Below, in pieces: positions 1-12,912 of a stretch of 64,000 nt of DNA. The notes under the pieces were generated by a model. It was not told the DNA's origin, ran no database searches, and saw nothing but the letters and a program-made list of their open reading frames with translations. The stretch is from Octopus vulgaris (taxonomy: Eukaryota). The stretch's first letter is position 1. Each line of letters starts with the position of its first letter. Location: NCBI GenBank assembly GCA_951406725.2, contig OX597819.1, forward strand, positions 36,456,001 to 36,520,000. The letters run 5' to 3'. Position numbers and translations under genes: made by a program.

Positions 1-663
1 GTGACTTCTATTTTATTTTTTCCCAGATCTTGGTAGAACTTTTTGGGGTTGGTGTTGAACTTTTTGTTCTGTTCAAAGAAGCGTTGGCGTTTCTCGTACC
101 GGCGGATCCTTTGAGCTTTGGCAAGGATATCTTGCTTCAGCTTTTCTTTTATCTCCGGCAAATCTTTTTCTGTGATGTTATATTTGCGGAGCATTTTTGT
201 TCTCTTTTTGTTGCTCAGTAGCGTTGATTGTTTGCTGATCTCATTAAGAATCGACAGGTCTTTTCTAATTTTTTTTATTTTGTTTTGGATGTTATTTATC
301 CACAGGGTTTGTTTGGGTGGTGGTACTCCTGTTTGGGCGGGTTTGGGTGAGTATCCAGCTTCTTTTGTGGCTGCAGTGGCTGCTGCGTATATCAAGTCAT
401 TTAGTTCAGTGATATCACTTTTTTTTGTTTCAGTGGCTAGTTCAGTGACGGCTAGGTTTATGCTGTTTATAATTGGTGTTGTTATTTCGTTTATTTTTAT
501 TCTTGGGAGGTATGGTCGGTGGTCCATTTTGGGCTCTGTGGTTTTCAGTTCTAAGATTATTTTATTTTTTATATTATCATAATCATTAGGCTCCCCTTCG
601 TTGTTTACATCGTGTTTGTTGGGAATGTTGCGTTTGTCTTCGTGTTTTACTATTTACTTCGTG
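1..663 (-). mobile_element. R4/Dong-clade non-LTR retrotransposon fragment (region upstream of RT), 5'-truncated in a (TAA)n tract, continues off the window
   Basis: Minus-strand translation RPYLPRIKIN...ITELNDLIYAAATA...WINNIQNKIKKIRKDLS, then (after a frameshift) LKQDILAKAQRIRRYEKRQRFFEQNKKFNTNPKKFYQDL, matching the pre-RT region of R4-clade ORFs. Confidence 0.75.
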
Positions 664-768
664 TTTATTATTATTATTATTATCATTATTATTATTATCA
701 TTATTATTATTATTATTATTGTTGTTGTTGTTGGTGTTGTTGTTGTTGTTGTTGTTATTATTATTATT
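664..768. repeat. (ATT)n/(GTT)n microsatellite
   Basis: Direct reading. Confidence 0.95.
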
Positions 769-1262
769 TCTACGTCAATCAAACCAGATAACTCAAATAA
801 TGTTTCAAATCAGTCCAAAAATGTTTCTACGTTTGTTTCGGCGATGAAATTTTCCAGTAGAATGTTTAAAGAGTTTTTATTGGCCCTGCCCCCGAAAAAA
901 AATATTTAGGGGATGCTCTAAAAGTAGTAACCAGTTGCCTTACACAATCGTCGTATATCTAGGAAGAGATAATAGAGAAAGGAAACTGAACTGTCGGCGG
1001 GAACGGGAGCGGGAGGAATAACAAAGCGAAAAGAATCTCAAAAGAAAAAGTTAACAGAAAACAGCTAAAACAAGTGAGGGGTATCATCTTCATCAAAACA
1101 ATATCAACGACACTTTTCTGAATAATATTGAAGAAGATAAAGAAGAGGACGAAAAACAGATTCGCCAGCATTCGAAAATGAAACCAACAACTAGTAGATA
1201 AAAATCGTATCTATGGAACCTTGGATATTTCGATGAGATAAAAGTGACAGAGGTGCAGCTGG

Positions 1263-1658
1263 GAGATCTTTTCGGTTTGAACGGCAGTTTTTTCTAGCGG
1301 TGTCATATGAAATTGTCACCCATAATTATGACCCTAGTATCGATCTATTGCATTTCAATCTGTTTTAGGGTTAGGATTAGGGGTGGGGGAAGGATAAACC
1401 CAATCTGTTTCTTAAACGAGGGACATATTCATACGGCACAGAATGTTTTTTTTACCTCAATAGACGTCAGTGATTGGTTGAAATTGCAGAAATTGAAGAA
1501 AAAAACAACAACAAATATCTTAGAAACTATAGAATTTTCTCAATAAAGCCAAGATAAAAAGATGTTTTATAAACACATTCTACCAGTATACGAAGTTTAA
1601 AACTTTTTAGTTACCTAGAAATTATGTTAAAAACTGCCGTTCAAACCGAAAAGATCCC
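1263..1658 (+). mobile_element. Non-autonomous DNA transposon (MITE), copy 1, about 29-bp TIRs
   Basis: Ends gagatcttttcggtttgaacggcagtttt ... aaaactgccgttcaaaccgaaaagatccc; flanks agctgg/agctcg (6-bp TSD, 1 mismatch); homologous to 21441 and 31529 copies. Confidence 0.85.
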
Positions 1659-2148
1659 AGCTCGGTTTTAGAATAAAGAAAAATACACAATGGACTGGTT
1701 GCTAATAAAAACAAAAGAATAACATTACGAACGAACCAGTCCTACATTGAAGACGTGCTTGTATATCTATGTCAACCAACCCATAAAACGTTAATGGATG
1801 TCTTTGAGTACATGTGACAACAATACTACCAATGTGAAGCGGGTAGGGACGTGCGGTGCTCTGACTCGACCTATAAGTAGATTTTTTTCATGTTTATTTC
1901 CTTTTAATTGTTTTTATTATTGTGTAGCTTAAGAGTACTCTGCTTTTTAAAATATATTTATTTCCATGCATATATTTGCGTTTTGTTATTTTTATTTCCT
2001 CCATTTATATTTAGAATAAAGTTTTTTTTTTTACCCTCCTCTCGTTTTTGTACAACTTATCTGTCTATCATTCTTTGTAAGCGTCCTGGCTAGCATTTCT
2101 ATGCATTTTTAAGCATCTCCTCTCAGCCCTTGTGTCTCTGATAAAGAG

Positions 2149-2188
<40 letters not shown>

Positions 2189-2189
<1 letters not shown>

Positions 2190-2903
2190 ACAATATTCCA
2201 CTTCTGATGGGGATGTCTTTGGTTTTCATGAGTCCCTCTTTTGTTTGGAGATGTAGGACTGTTTGCCATTTATTCATAGAGTGCTCTATAAATTTTATGA
2301 TTGTTGGTGCTACTTTGTTAATGGCTAGTGTTTCAAGGATCCATGTGTGGGGGATGCTATCAAACGCCTTTTTGTAGTCAATCCAGGCCATACTGAGGCC
2401 TTTCTTCTTTCTGTGGCTGTCTTCAGTTACGGCTTTATTAATCATTAGTTGATCTTTACAGCCATATGAGCCTTTGCGGCATCCTTTCTGCTCTTCTGGG
2501 AACAGTTTGTTTTCGTCCAGGTGCTTGTTCAGCCTTTGCGATATCACTGCAGTAAATGCCTTGAACATAGTAGGGAGGCAGGTTATTGGTCTGTAGTTTT
2601 CTGGTTTTGCTGTTTCATTTGATTTGGGAATTAAGATGGTTTTCCCCTTCGTGAGCCATTCAGGCATTGTCTCTGGCTCTGCTAGTATGCTGTTAAAGTT
2701 TTCAGCCAGCTTTTTGTGCATTCCTGTTAGATATTTCAACCAGAAGTTGGGGATCTTGTCATGCCCAGGTGCCTTCCAGTTGCTTAGTTTTTGCAGTGCC
2801 TGGGTGACCTCTTCAGTTGTTATGGGGGTCCAAAGTTGTTCAGATGCCGAGTTTGTTATTTTCATACTCCTTTTTTTTGGCTGTTCGTTCGCCGACCATA
2901 TTT
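2189..2903 (-). mobile_element. R4/Dong-clade reverse transcriptase internal fragment (open frame, truncated at both ends)
   Basis: ORF 2068..3195 contains NWKAPGHDKIPNFWLK, ENYRPITCLPTMFK, EEQKGCRKGSYGCKDQLMI, AWIDYKKAFDSIPH; it stops just before the QGD motif and both ends abut (ACT)n tracts. Confidence 0.9.
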
Positions 2904-2985
2904 CTACTACTACTTCTACCACCACCACCATCACCACCACCATCACCACTACTACTACTACTACCACCACCACCACCACCACCAT

Positions 2986-3020
<35 letters not shown>

Positions 3021-3042
3021 TCACCACCACCACTACCAACAT

Positions 3043-3120
<78 letters not shown>

Positions 3121-3145
3121 CACCACCACCACCACTACCACCATC
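2904..3145. repeat. (ACT)n/(ACC)n compound microsatellite
   Basis: Direct reading. Confidence 0.95.
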
Positions 3146-4479
3146 AGCGGGGAGACATTATATAGTTTATTGCATCTGGAGCAATTTAGTCCCATCTCTT
3201 AAGATTTTCAAGTAGCTGTAGAATGGTGATCTTAAGTAGATTACGTAAATATAAATAAGAGAGGAGAAAAAGTGCATTAACATATAACTCTTATGTGGAG
3301 ATTAACTTCAGAATGCGGAAAGGATCTTCGATTAACTTTGCATAGGCCTAGTACTTTAGCTCTGTAGAAGCTTCCCGTTTTTGTTTTTAAACATGAGGTC
3401 CCTTGCAAAATAGGATGTAAAATATTAAGAAACCACAGTAAAATACAATGAATATATTGCCGCAAAATTCATAAGCATGTCAATTTTAAAACGAAGTAAA
3501 TCGGCACTATATATAAAAAGGAAGGTTCATTTAATTACATTCTTTAAATGAACTTAATGTAAAGTGCACTTTTATATATAGAAAAATAGAAACAGAAAAT
3601 ATGGCGTTTAATACTCTGAGGCATGTATTGATTTCTGAGACAGGTGCAATAAGACTGATTCTCGGAGTCGATGTACATTCAATTTAAATGATTCGATGCA
3701 CAACTGCACTTACTGACTTCAGATGGATAAAGGGTAAATTCGAATTTGGTCGGATTAGACTTCAGAAATATAAAGGATAGTACTATATTGTGAGAAGCAT
3801 TTAATTTGATAGCTTACTTTCTCTGCTAGATTGCCAACACGTTTAATAGTGATTTAATAACGCATAAGAAATTACTGAAGGTATCTTACGACCATATAGA
3901 AAACGTTAACATATGCACGAAAAGAAAAAAGCAAACAAACAAACAAAAACAGTGTCATTTTTTGTTATGTAATAGAAAACGAGTTTTGCTGTAATATTTC
4001 AATATGGCTCTGAAATCTAAATATTGCATGTCGAGTAAACTCCTTCGTTTACATCCGGTTCTATATTAACAAATAGTAGTCAATAGCCTTTTCTCCATGA
4101 TACAACACATTGCTAAGAATGTTAGCATCGTTAATATAATAATTGCACAGCTGGAAGTGATATGCAAATGAATATTTAGCATAGAAATAAAAACTTCCGA
4201 AACATTTTGATTGAAATTATTGATGTTTCAAAGTAAGAAGTGATGACGGTCATACTGCCACTAAAATATTTCACTTCACCGACATGCACGGGCATATGCA
4301 TGTTAGTGAGGATAATTACAATCAATTAATTATCCAAGTTCTGCCAAACATATTCCAGCATCAAAGTATATATTTGTGCGATGGGAAAACGCTCAAATTT
4401 CATGCTTGATTAAGAAATAGAATGATTGACTGGGCGTGTTACTTAGATGATATACGTGTCACATTATGACCTTGAAAAG

Positions 4480-5535
4480 AACATTTTTTTATGTTTAATT
4501 ATGAAGGTACTGACTGTGATTATGGTTTTCACATACCCTCTGATACCAATGAGAGCGATGTGGTTGATGTTCTTGGAAAGAAGCAATTAGATGGCTGCAG
4601 GAGAGACGTGTACAAAGGGGAAGAAGATCAGGACGAAATAATTGGTGTGAGAAAGCCTGGGAAAAACAGATGTGGGAAAAGCAGAGACAAGGGAATCAGA
4701 TGGGGATAAATGTAAGACGAGATTAGCCAGCTCTGAGGAGCAGAGATTGCAGCAGCAGCGGTAAAAGAGAGCAAGGGTAAGGAGATAACACCCCATCACC
4801 GCCACATGGGCTATTGGTTGGAGTATGTATGCGAACAACTTTAAGCCCATCATTCAGTGGCCTTTCCCATTGCAGTCTAGGATGTAGGGATGTATAACGG
4901 TAGAACTGTACCGGATGTGGGGGAAGTACTCTACTGTGAATCTCACTTGAATTTTGTAGAGGATTAGTAATTGCAGGGAGTTGAAGTATTTTGACGTTTT
5001 GAAATGGAAGGTCGGCTTCTAAGATGCAGTCTTAGTAATAACGAATGGGCTATGTTGAAGCTATGAGATAGCAAGCAGATATCATCTGTGATTGTGAAGT
5101 CAAGCAATAGAGTGACTTTGAGTTCTCTTGTTGTGCGTTGTTAACGTTCATGAATTGCTTATAGGATCATTTTCTTGATGTGTATAGTGAGTGTTTCGTT
5201 GTTCTGTTGATGGAGCAATACTGACTTGACTATCATTGGAGAATGTTTCGAAATCAAAGAATTAGTGTCGTTATTTAGGCTTCATGTAAGTGATGGTTGA
5301 ATGAGAAAAATTAGGGAGGAGCGAAAGGTAGTCACATATGCATAGCTGTGGATGTTGTCAGACTTGCTGGCCAACGGTTATAAAAGAGAAAGAGCACAGA
5401 GGACAAACTCGAAGCTTGGAACATACCATAAGAGAGCCCCATCGGTACATGCTGCGATAGTGCAATCCCTGAGAAAGTCTTCGATCCAAGAGACAAGAAA
5501 CGAATGGAATCCAAAGGCACTTTTCTTAGGAAATT
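4480..5535 (-). mobile_element. Degenerate CR1-group LINE, RT 3' half
   Basis: Minus-strand remnants SWIEDFLRD..IAACTDG, VPQ-like SSLSSVLFL, IHSYAY(YADD-like), YKIQVRFTVEYFPH, FFPRT; many frameshifts. Confidence 0.6.
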
Positions 5536-6334
5536 CGCATGCTAGACACAGTCGAACATTTGATGCTGTAAAATTGTTTTTATCAGATTTATGGTAGTAA
5601 TTTGCTTGAACGTACCTAACACTTTGTAATTAATTGAAAAGTTTTTAATGCGCTTATGTTACATAACAAAAAGGAGCATGTCAGCAATTGTTACCCCCAC
5701 TTGGCTGAGAATGAACAGTTTTATCCCGAAATAAGACAGTAGTCATTAAATCATTAATTAATACATTTATTCTCGTCACTTTTCAGTTACTTCCGTTCTC
5801 CATTTTCTCTCATTGTCTTATTCGCTTTACTATACTACCAACTAAACAGAACAAGAATTGCTTAGAAATTGCTTAGTCCTCAAAATTGGATTCTGAAGAA
5901 CCCCAAGATTCTGTGAAAAAATTCTGTGTTCCACAAGATAGGCTGTCTTTACTGGAATTTAATATAAAAATATTTCATAAAACAACAGTATTCACCAATT
6001 TGAAAATAATAATTTTTTATTTCATAGTGAATATGTTCTTTCCCTAAAATCCTTTAGAAGAGAGGAAGAGTTTGTAAAATATAAATACTGCTTCGTGATT
6101 TTGGAAAATTGTATAAGGGATTAGCGACGAATAAGTTTTGAAAACTTCTGCTAAGCTTAGAAGCTTAGCAGAAACAGAACAACTTTAATGAAAGAATATG
6201 TACTAAACCTCCTTCAGCTGGGAAGCCATTTTGTTTGACACAATGAGCAAAATTCAGTTCTATTTAATTCAATTTTACGTCATTATATTATTAAAATTAA
6301 AAGTACAGACACCATTTTATCTAATGATTACAAC

Positions 6335-6415
6335 AGTAGTAACAACAACAACAACAACAACAACAACACAACGACGACAACAACAATAACAACAACAACA
6401 ATCAGTATCAACAAC
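6335..6415. repeat. (CAA)n microsatellite
   Basis: Direct reading. Confidence 0.9.
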
Positions 6416-6571
6416 TTCGGACTTTAGTTTTTATCAAAAACTAAAGATAAACAAAGAAAAGGCTAAGTGAAACAAAAAGCAAAAATATGTGATAAAATGA
6501 ACAAACATTTACTGTTAAGATATACATGTAAACACATGCACAAGTAGACTTGAAACAAAATACTGGAAGAA

Positions 6572-6672
6572 GTATGTATGTATGTATGTATGTATGTATG
6601 TATGTATGTATGTATGTATGCATGCATGTATGTATGTATGTATGTATGTATGTGTATATATATGTATGTATG

Positions 6673-6713
<41 letters not shown>

Positions 6714-6751
6714 GTATGTATGTATGTCTATATATATATATGTGTGTATGA

Positions 6752-6784
<33 letters not shown>

Positions 6785-6900
6785 TATGTATATTTATATA
6801 CGAAAGTGCATACGTAAGACTTCACAGATACACAAACACAAGCTTACATACATATGCAAGCACGCGCGCATACACGCAAACACACATACACACACACAAA
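6572..6900. repeat. (TATG)n/(TA)n/(CA)n microsatellite block
   Basis: Direct reading. Confidence 0.95.
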
Positions 6901-6990
6901 TACTCAAAGGCACATACACAAACACAGACCAAGCCCAAATAACCAACCAAACAAATGTTGATTGAACCATATCAGGAGACACTTCGATTC

Positions 6991-7379
6991 TTCTTTACTT
7001 GTTTCAGTCATTTGACTGCGGCCATGCTGGAGCACCGCCTTTAGTCGAGCAAATCGACCCCGGGACTTATTCTTTGTAAGCCCAGTACTTATTCTATCGG
7101 TCTCTTTTGCCGAACCGCTAAGTGACGGGGACGTAAACACACCAGCATCGGTTGTCAAGCAATGCTAGGGGGACAAGCATACATACACACACACATACAT
7201 ATACATACATATATACGACAGGCTTCTTTCAGTTTCCGTCTACCAAATCCACTCACAAGGCATTGGTCGGCCCGGGGCTATAGCAGAAGACACTTGCCCA
7301 AGATGCCACGCAGTGGGACTGAACCCGGAGCCATGTGGTTGGTTAGCAAGCTACTTACCACACAGCCACTCCTGCGCCT
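6991..7379 (-). mobile_element. tRNA-derived SINE family A, full length
   Basis: Head aggcgcaggagtggctgtgtggtaag (A box) ... ggttcagtccc (B box), internal (TA/TG)n, 3' end cagtcaaatgactgaaacaagtaaa; more than 10 homologous copies in the window. Confidence 0.9.
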
Positions 7380-7620
7380 ATGTCGTTGAATCTGCAAGAA
7401 ATAGCAACCAAATATCCTCACAAATAACACTTTACCGACGAAAAGCAACGAGAAAAAAATCGGAAAATTTCGAAAATATCGGAAATGATGCACTGCAAAA
7501 AAAGAAGAAGAAAAATAAGAAAGGGGATGGTTGGTCAAAGCTTGAGCATATTACGTCGTAAATCTGCTCGATCATAGCTGATGTGGAGCAACAGCACTAT
7601 ATGTATATATATATATATAT

Positions 7621-7908
7621 ATCACGTGATCACCGTGACCGACCAGGCTATCAGATGTTGCTACACATCGCTGGTCACAATGCGCTTCGCATTGTTTTAG
7701 CCTTCAAATGACGCCACCCCGCTGGCTAAGCGAGCAAGCCAACAGAAGAAAGGGTGAGAAAAAGTTGTGGCGAAAAAGTACAGCAGGGATCGCCACCACC
7801 CGCAACCGGAGCCTCAATAAACACTCACAACGCCCGGTCTGGGAATCAAAACCGCGATCCTACGGCCGCAAGTCCGCTGTTTTAACCACTGGGCCATTGC
7901 GCCTCCAC
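7621..7908 (-). mobile_element. tRNA-derived SINE family C (tail type 1)
   Basis: Head gtggaggcgcaatggcccagtggtta ... tttgattcccag; tail ...ggtcggtcacggtgatcacgtga; close to the 61651 copy; flanked by (TA)n. Confidence 0.85.
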
Positions 7909-7964
7909 ACATACACACACACGCATATATATATATATATATGCATATATATATGTATACATAC

Positions 7965-8065
<101 letters not shown>

Positions 8066-8074
8066 CATGTATTG

Positions 8075-8270
8075 ATTTAAAATTTTGCCACAAAGTCAGC
8101 AATTTCGGGGTCGAAGGTTAATCAGTCTTATCAACCTCATTATTCTTATACTTATTTTACCGATCCCCAAAAGATGAAAAGTAAAGCTGACCTCGACGAA
8201 ATTCAAAATCAGAACGTAAAGATGGACGAAATGCCGCAAAGGATTGTGCCCGGGGCGGTAACGATCTGCC
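8075..8270 (-). mobile_element. SINE family B, diverged copy
   Basis: Reverse complement has ggcagatcgttacc...cgttctgattttgaatttcgtcgaggtcagctttacttttcatc. Confidence 0.65.
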
Positions 8271-8429
8271 ATGTACATGTATTAGGTCAGGGATTTTCAA
8301 CCATTTTTTTATCAGGGACCTCTTTGATTGCTATTTTATTCGGGTAGATCCTCATAGCCATTCGATGTTTGAAAATCCTATTGTATTTTTTATAATTAAA
8401 TATGATTAGGACTTGTATAAAAGTAATTA

Positions 8430-8750
8430 CTCTTTACTCTCTCTTACTCTTTTACTTGTTTCAGCCATTTGGCTGTGGCCATGCTGGAGCATCGCCTTTA
8501 GTCGAGCAAATCGATCCCGGGACTTAGTCTTTGTAAGCTTAGTACATATTCCATCGGTCTCTTTTGCCGAACCGATAAGTTACGGGGACGTAAACACACC
8601 AGCATCGGTTGTTAAGCGATGTTGGGGGACAAACACAGACACACAAACATATATAAACACATACATACATACATACATGCATACATACATACATACATAC
8701 ATGCATACATACATACATACATACATACATACATACATACATACATACAT
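8430..8750 (-). mobile_element. SINE family A, 3' half ending in (CATA)n
   Basis: Matches 6991-7170. Confidence 0.85.
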
Positions 8751-8961
8751 ACAATATATGTGTGCTTATGTATGCATATAGGTAGGTAGATAGGTAGGCA
8801 TGTAAGTATGTATACATACATACACACAGATTAATTGCAGCCATAAAAACCAAGCAGATGTAAATATATATAATACTCATACATTTATACACACACTTGC
8901 AAAAGAGATCATAAATATACGTTTGCAATCAATATACACGTGAGTTACATATACTTATGTA

Positions 8962-9067
<106 letters not shown>

Positions 9068-9150
9068 TATGTATATACATACATATGTATATAGACATAC
9101 ATGTATATATATATATATATATCGGAAAATTTCGGAAAATATCGGAAATG

Positions 9151-9181
<31 letters not shown>

Positions 9182-9205
9182 TGTATGTCTATATACATAT
9201 GTATG

Positions 9206-9281
<76 letters not shown>

Positions 9282-9559
9282 TAGGGCAAGTATTAGCACT
9301 AACAAATATAAACATACATCGTATTATTTTACGACTTGAGACATTCATAGATTGGTTGAATCAACAGCGCACATGATAAGAGTAAAGCGATTCTTGATAC
9401 TTGGTTTTATGCTTTTAGTTATATTTAGCTTTTATATCTCTACGTTTTGTATTCAGACCCGTGCCACAACCAATTTTTTTATTTATAATAAAGAATACGA
9501 AACAAAACTAACTAGAAATAAAGTTATAATAAATAAATAAATAAATAAAATTGAAATTG

Positions 9560-9720
9560 CAGGTGTGGTTAAGAAGCACGTTTTGCAGCCAAATAATTTT
9601 GTGTTCAGTCTCTCTGCACATCCACGTGGGAAAGGGTCTTCTATTATAGACCCTGGTCAACCAATGCCTTGTCATTGAATTTAGTAGACAGAAACAGTGT
9701 AGAAGTCCATTGTATATATA
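9560..9720 (+). mobile_element. SINE family A, diverged 5' half
   Basis: gtgtggttaagaagc...gttcagtctctctgc...tagtagacagaaacagtgtagaag. Confidence 0.7.
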
Positions 9721-10044
9721 CATATACATATATATATATATATATATATAATTTCAACAATTGAGGGTAAAATTAATTAATTAATCAATTTCACCAAGTA
9801 TTCAGTATACAAAGGGACCATTTAAGGCGAATTCAAAACTCTCTCTCTATGTAATGCCTCGGATTTTACCGAAAAAAAGCATAATGTTTGCTGATTTTAA
9901 CCCACGCTGGTGGAAAGGGGAGAGCAGAAATTCTTCGTTTGCATATTTGAATTTGCTAACACTGTCAGTTTTGAACAGATCTTCAGACGCGATAACAGGC
10001 CGAAAGGGTATGTTCCAGCTTTCAGTGTTTTCAAATCCAAACCA

Positions 10045-10112
10045 GGGAGTTCTGAGCTGATGATAGAAGTGTCGATTTGACTAATCTTGAAACGTACGTT
10101 CTCAAATAACCT
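10045..10112 (+). ncRNA. Type I hammerhead ribozyme motif (copy 1)
   Basis: tgag-CTGATGA-tagaagtgtcgatttgactaatctt-GAAA-cgtacg-TT-ctca; stem I tgag/ctca; palindromic stem III aacgtacgtt. Confidence 0.7.
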
Positions 10113-10602
10113 TTGCATTTGATTTTTTAATGTCTCTACCCTCATACTTTCGTGAGTTGAATTGAGCAAACACTATACGAGAGAGATTTTCTTTAAGTAT
10201 TGGAGATAGTTCTAAAAAAGTTTTTTTAGCTGCTATTTCTAATGAGTTCAGTATGCGGCAAAGTAATTTATTTTACTAAGCCCTTTTATATAATGTAATA
10301 ATTTGAATTCGCCTTAAATGGTCCCTTTGTATACTGAATACTTGGTGAAATTGATTAATTAATTAATTTTACCCTCAATTGTTGAAATTATAATTCATCT
10401 CTCTCTATGTAATGCCTCGGATTTTACCGAAAAAGAGCATAATGTTTGCTGATTTTAACCCACGCTGGTGGAAAGGGGAGAGCAGAAATTCTTCGTTTGC
10501 ATATTTGAATTTGCTAACACTGTCAGTTTTGAACAGATCTTCAGAAGCGATAACAGGCCGAAAGGGTATGTTCCAGCTTTCAGTGTTTTCAAATCCAAAC
10601 CA

Positions 10603-10670
10603 GGGAGTTCTGAGCTGATGATAGAAGTGTCGATTTGACTAATCTTGAAACGTACGTTCTCAAATAACCT
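10603..10670 (+). ncRNA. Type I hammerhead ribozyme motif (copy 2)
   Basis: Identical to 10045-10112, 558 bp downstream. Confidence 0.7.
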
Positions 10671-10840
10671 TTGCATTTGATTTTTTAATGTCTCTACCCT
10701 CATACTTTCGTGAGTTGAATTGAGCAAACACTATACGAGAGAGATTTTCTTTAAGTATTGGAGATAGTTCTAAAAAAGTTTTTTTAGCTGCTATTTCTAA
10801 TGAGTTCAGTATGCGGCAAAGTAATTTATTTTACTAAGCC

Positions 10841-10902
<62 letters not shown>

Positions 10903-10905
<3 letters not shown>

Positions 10906-12008
10906 AACAGGGACAACGCTTCACAGCGAAAAGCAACTTCACATGTGCTTCGGAGAACCTGAAATACACACTAACCTGGTCTGGGTGTCAAGAGCAATAC
11001 ATAGGCCAAACAAAAAATAGTTTACGTAAAAGAATGGCCCTGCACAGATCCCAGATAAAAAATCCCCAAAACAGAAAAATAGCATTCAGCCAACACATAG
11101 ATATTTGCGCCAACAACAAAACTCCAAGCTTCAGGATTTTCCTCCTTTACCAATTCAGGGACGATACAACCTCGAACCAACGAATAAGTAAAGAAACTCT
11201 CTTTATTACAAAATACAGGCCCTTTCTGAACGCATCTACCACAAACGATATATCCACCTCAGCTTTAGAATAACACAGATACACACGCAAATATTACATC
11301 CCTAAGAATCCATTAAAAATCAGCCCCAATCACAGCTATAATCCACAACATGCCAACTTTAAGTCATCCAGCATTCCATTACTTCCACGCACTCATTTTC
11401 TCCCTTCTCTTTCTTCTTCATCATCATCATCATCATCATTATCGTCATTGTCATCATCTTCTTCTTCTTTTTCGTCTTCTTCTTCTTCCTCTTCTTCATC
11501 ATCATCATTATCATCATCGTCATCGTCATCATCATCTTCATCGTCTTCTTCTTCTCCCTCCTCTTCTTCCTAACTTTATCACTAATGCTTTTTAGTATAA
11601 CACCTACGCAAATTCTATAAACAAACCTTTCAATAGAAATATTTTCATGAATTGAACAGCAGGAACTGCTAGCAACCACTGACCAACGACAATCAAGGCA
11701 ATCCCAAATTCTCCCTCCCCTTCTCCCCCTCCTCCTCCTCTTTCTTCTTCTTCGTCCCTACCAAGAATTCACATGGACCTTGAACCCACAAGAGTAAACA
11801 AGAGAGACAGAGAAAGGCAGAAACAAGGGAAATGCCACTTATATTTGAAAACTATACAAATATTATTTAAAAAAAAACTTTCCTTTTAATCTTTCTAAAT
11901 TTAATTTTTTAATTGTTACAGTTGAAAATGTCTCAAATGACCCGAAACCGGTACTGAAATGTTCTTTATAAAATTATTTTAGCATTTTCTATCTTGACTT
12001 GTTTTTTC
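10903..12008 (+). mobile_element. Penelope-like element 3' fragment: GIY-YIG endonuclease C-terminus (10903-11273) plus 3' UTR
   Basis: FTCASENLKYTLTWSGCQEQYIGQTKNSLRKRMALHRSQI...FSQHID...RISKETLFITKYRPFLN*; 5'-truncated in (TA)n; hammerhead-like motif near the 3' end. Confidence 0.85.
11914..11960 (+). ncRNA. Degenerate PLE-type hammerhead motif
   Basis: cag-TTGAAAA-tgtctcaaatgaccc-GAAA-ccgg-TA-ctg; core mutated from CTGANGA; palindromic stem III accggt. Confidence 0.5.
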
Positions 12009-12009
12009 A

Positions 12010-12385
<376 letters not shown>

Positions 12386-12912
12386 GTGTGTATTGGTAAC
12401 GTAATTCCTATTCTGTTGCCAATCAATGATTTATATGTATATGTATGTGTATAACTTTCTGTTTATCCCCCACAATCGTTTGTAACCGGTGTTGGTTTGT
12501 TTACGTTCTCGTAACTTAGAGGAGTCTGATAGAATAAGTACTGGACTTAAAAGTAAGAACTGGGGTCGATTTGCTCCACTAAGCCCTTCAATGCTTCCTT
12601 TTGCTGTTTTTGTTAGTTGTGTGCAATTATATTTTTAAAGTTAGTAGTAGAACTAAAGCTAATTTTAAAGTTGTGCCTATTAAAGAGCTTTCTATAATTA
12701 TGATTGATTGGGAAATGTCAATCTATAAGGGATAAGAAATATCTACCTATATTAAAGGTAGAGTAAGGATGAGTAAGGTGGTGTGAACCAGATAATTTTC
12801 CTAATCCTATTTTTCCATTTCTTTTTTACTGGACTAGTGTATAGGTTATTTCCTCGCTAAAACCACTATCTTTTAGAGCTAAAAGATCGTGGATTTTTGT
12901 GGTTTTAGAGTC

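Larger units (their letters stand above)
9751..10850 (+). mobile_element. Hammerhead-containing tandem unit (558-bp period) with inverted 5' segment: PLE pseudo-LTR or retrozyme-like
   Basis: 9840-10292 nearly identical to 10398-10850; 9751-9837 is the reverse complement of 10302-10388; flanked by (TA)n on both sides. Confidence 0.8.

Noticed and set aside
9854-10727. Duplicated 68-aa and 90-aa ORFs
   Set aside because: By-products of the 558-bp duplication; no recognisable domain
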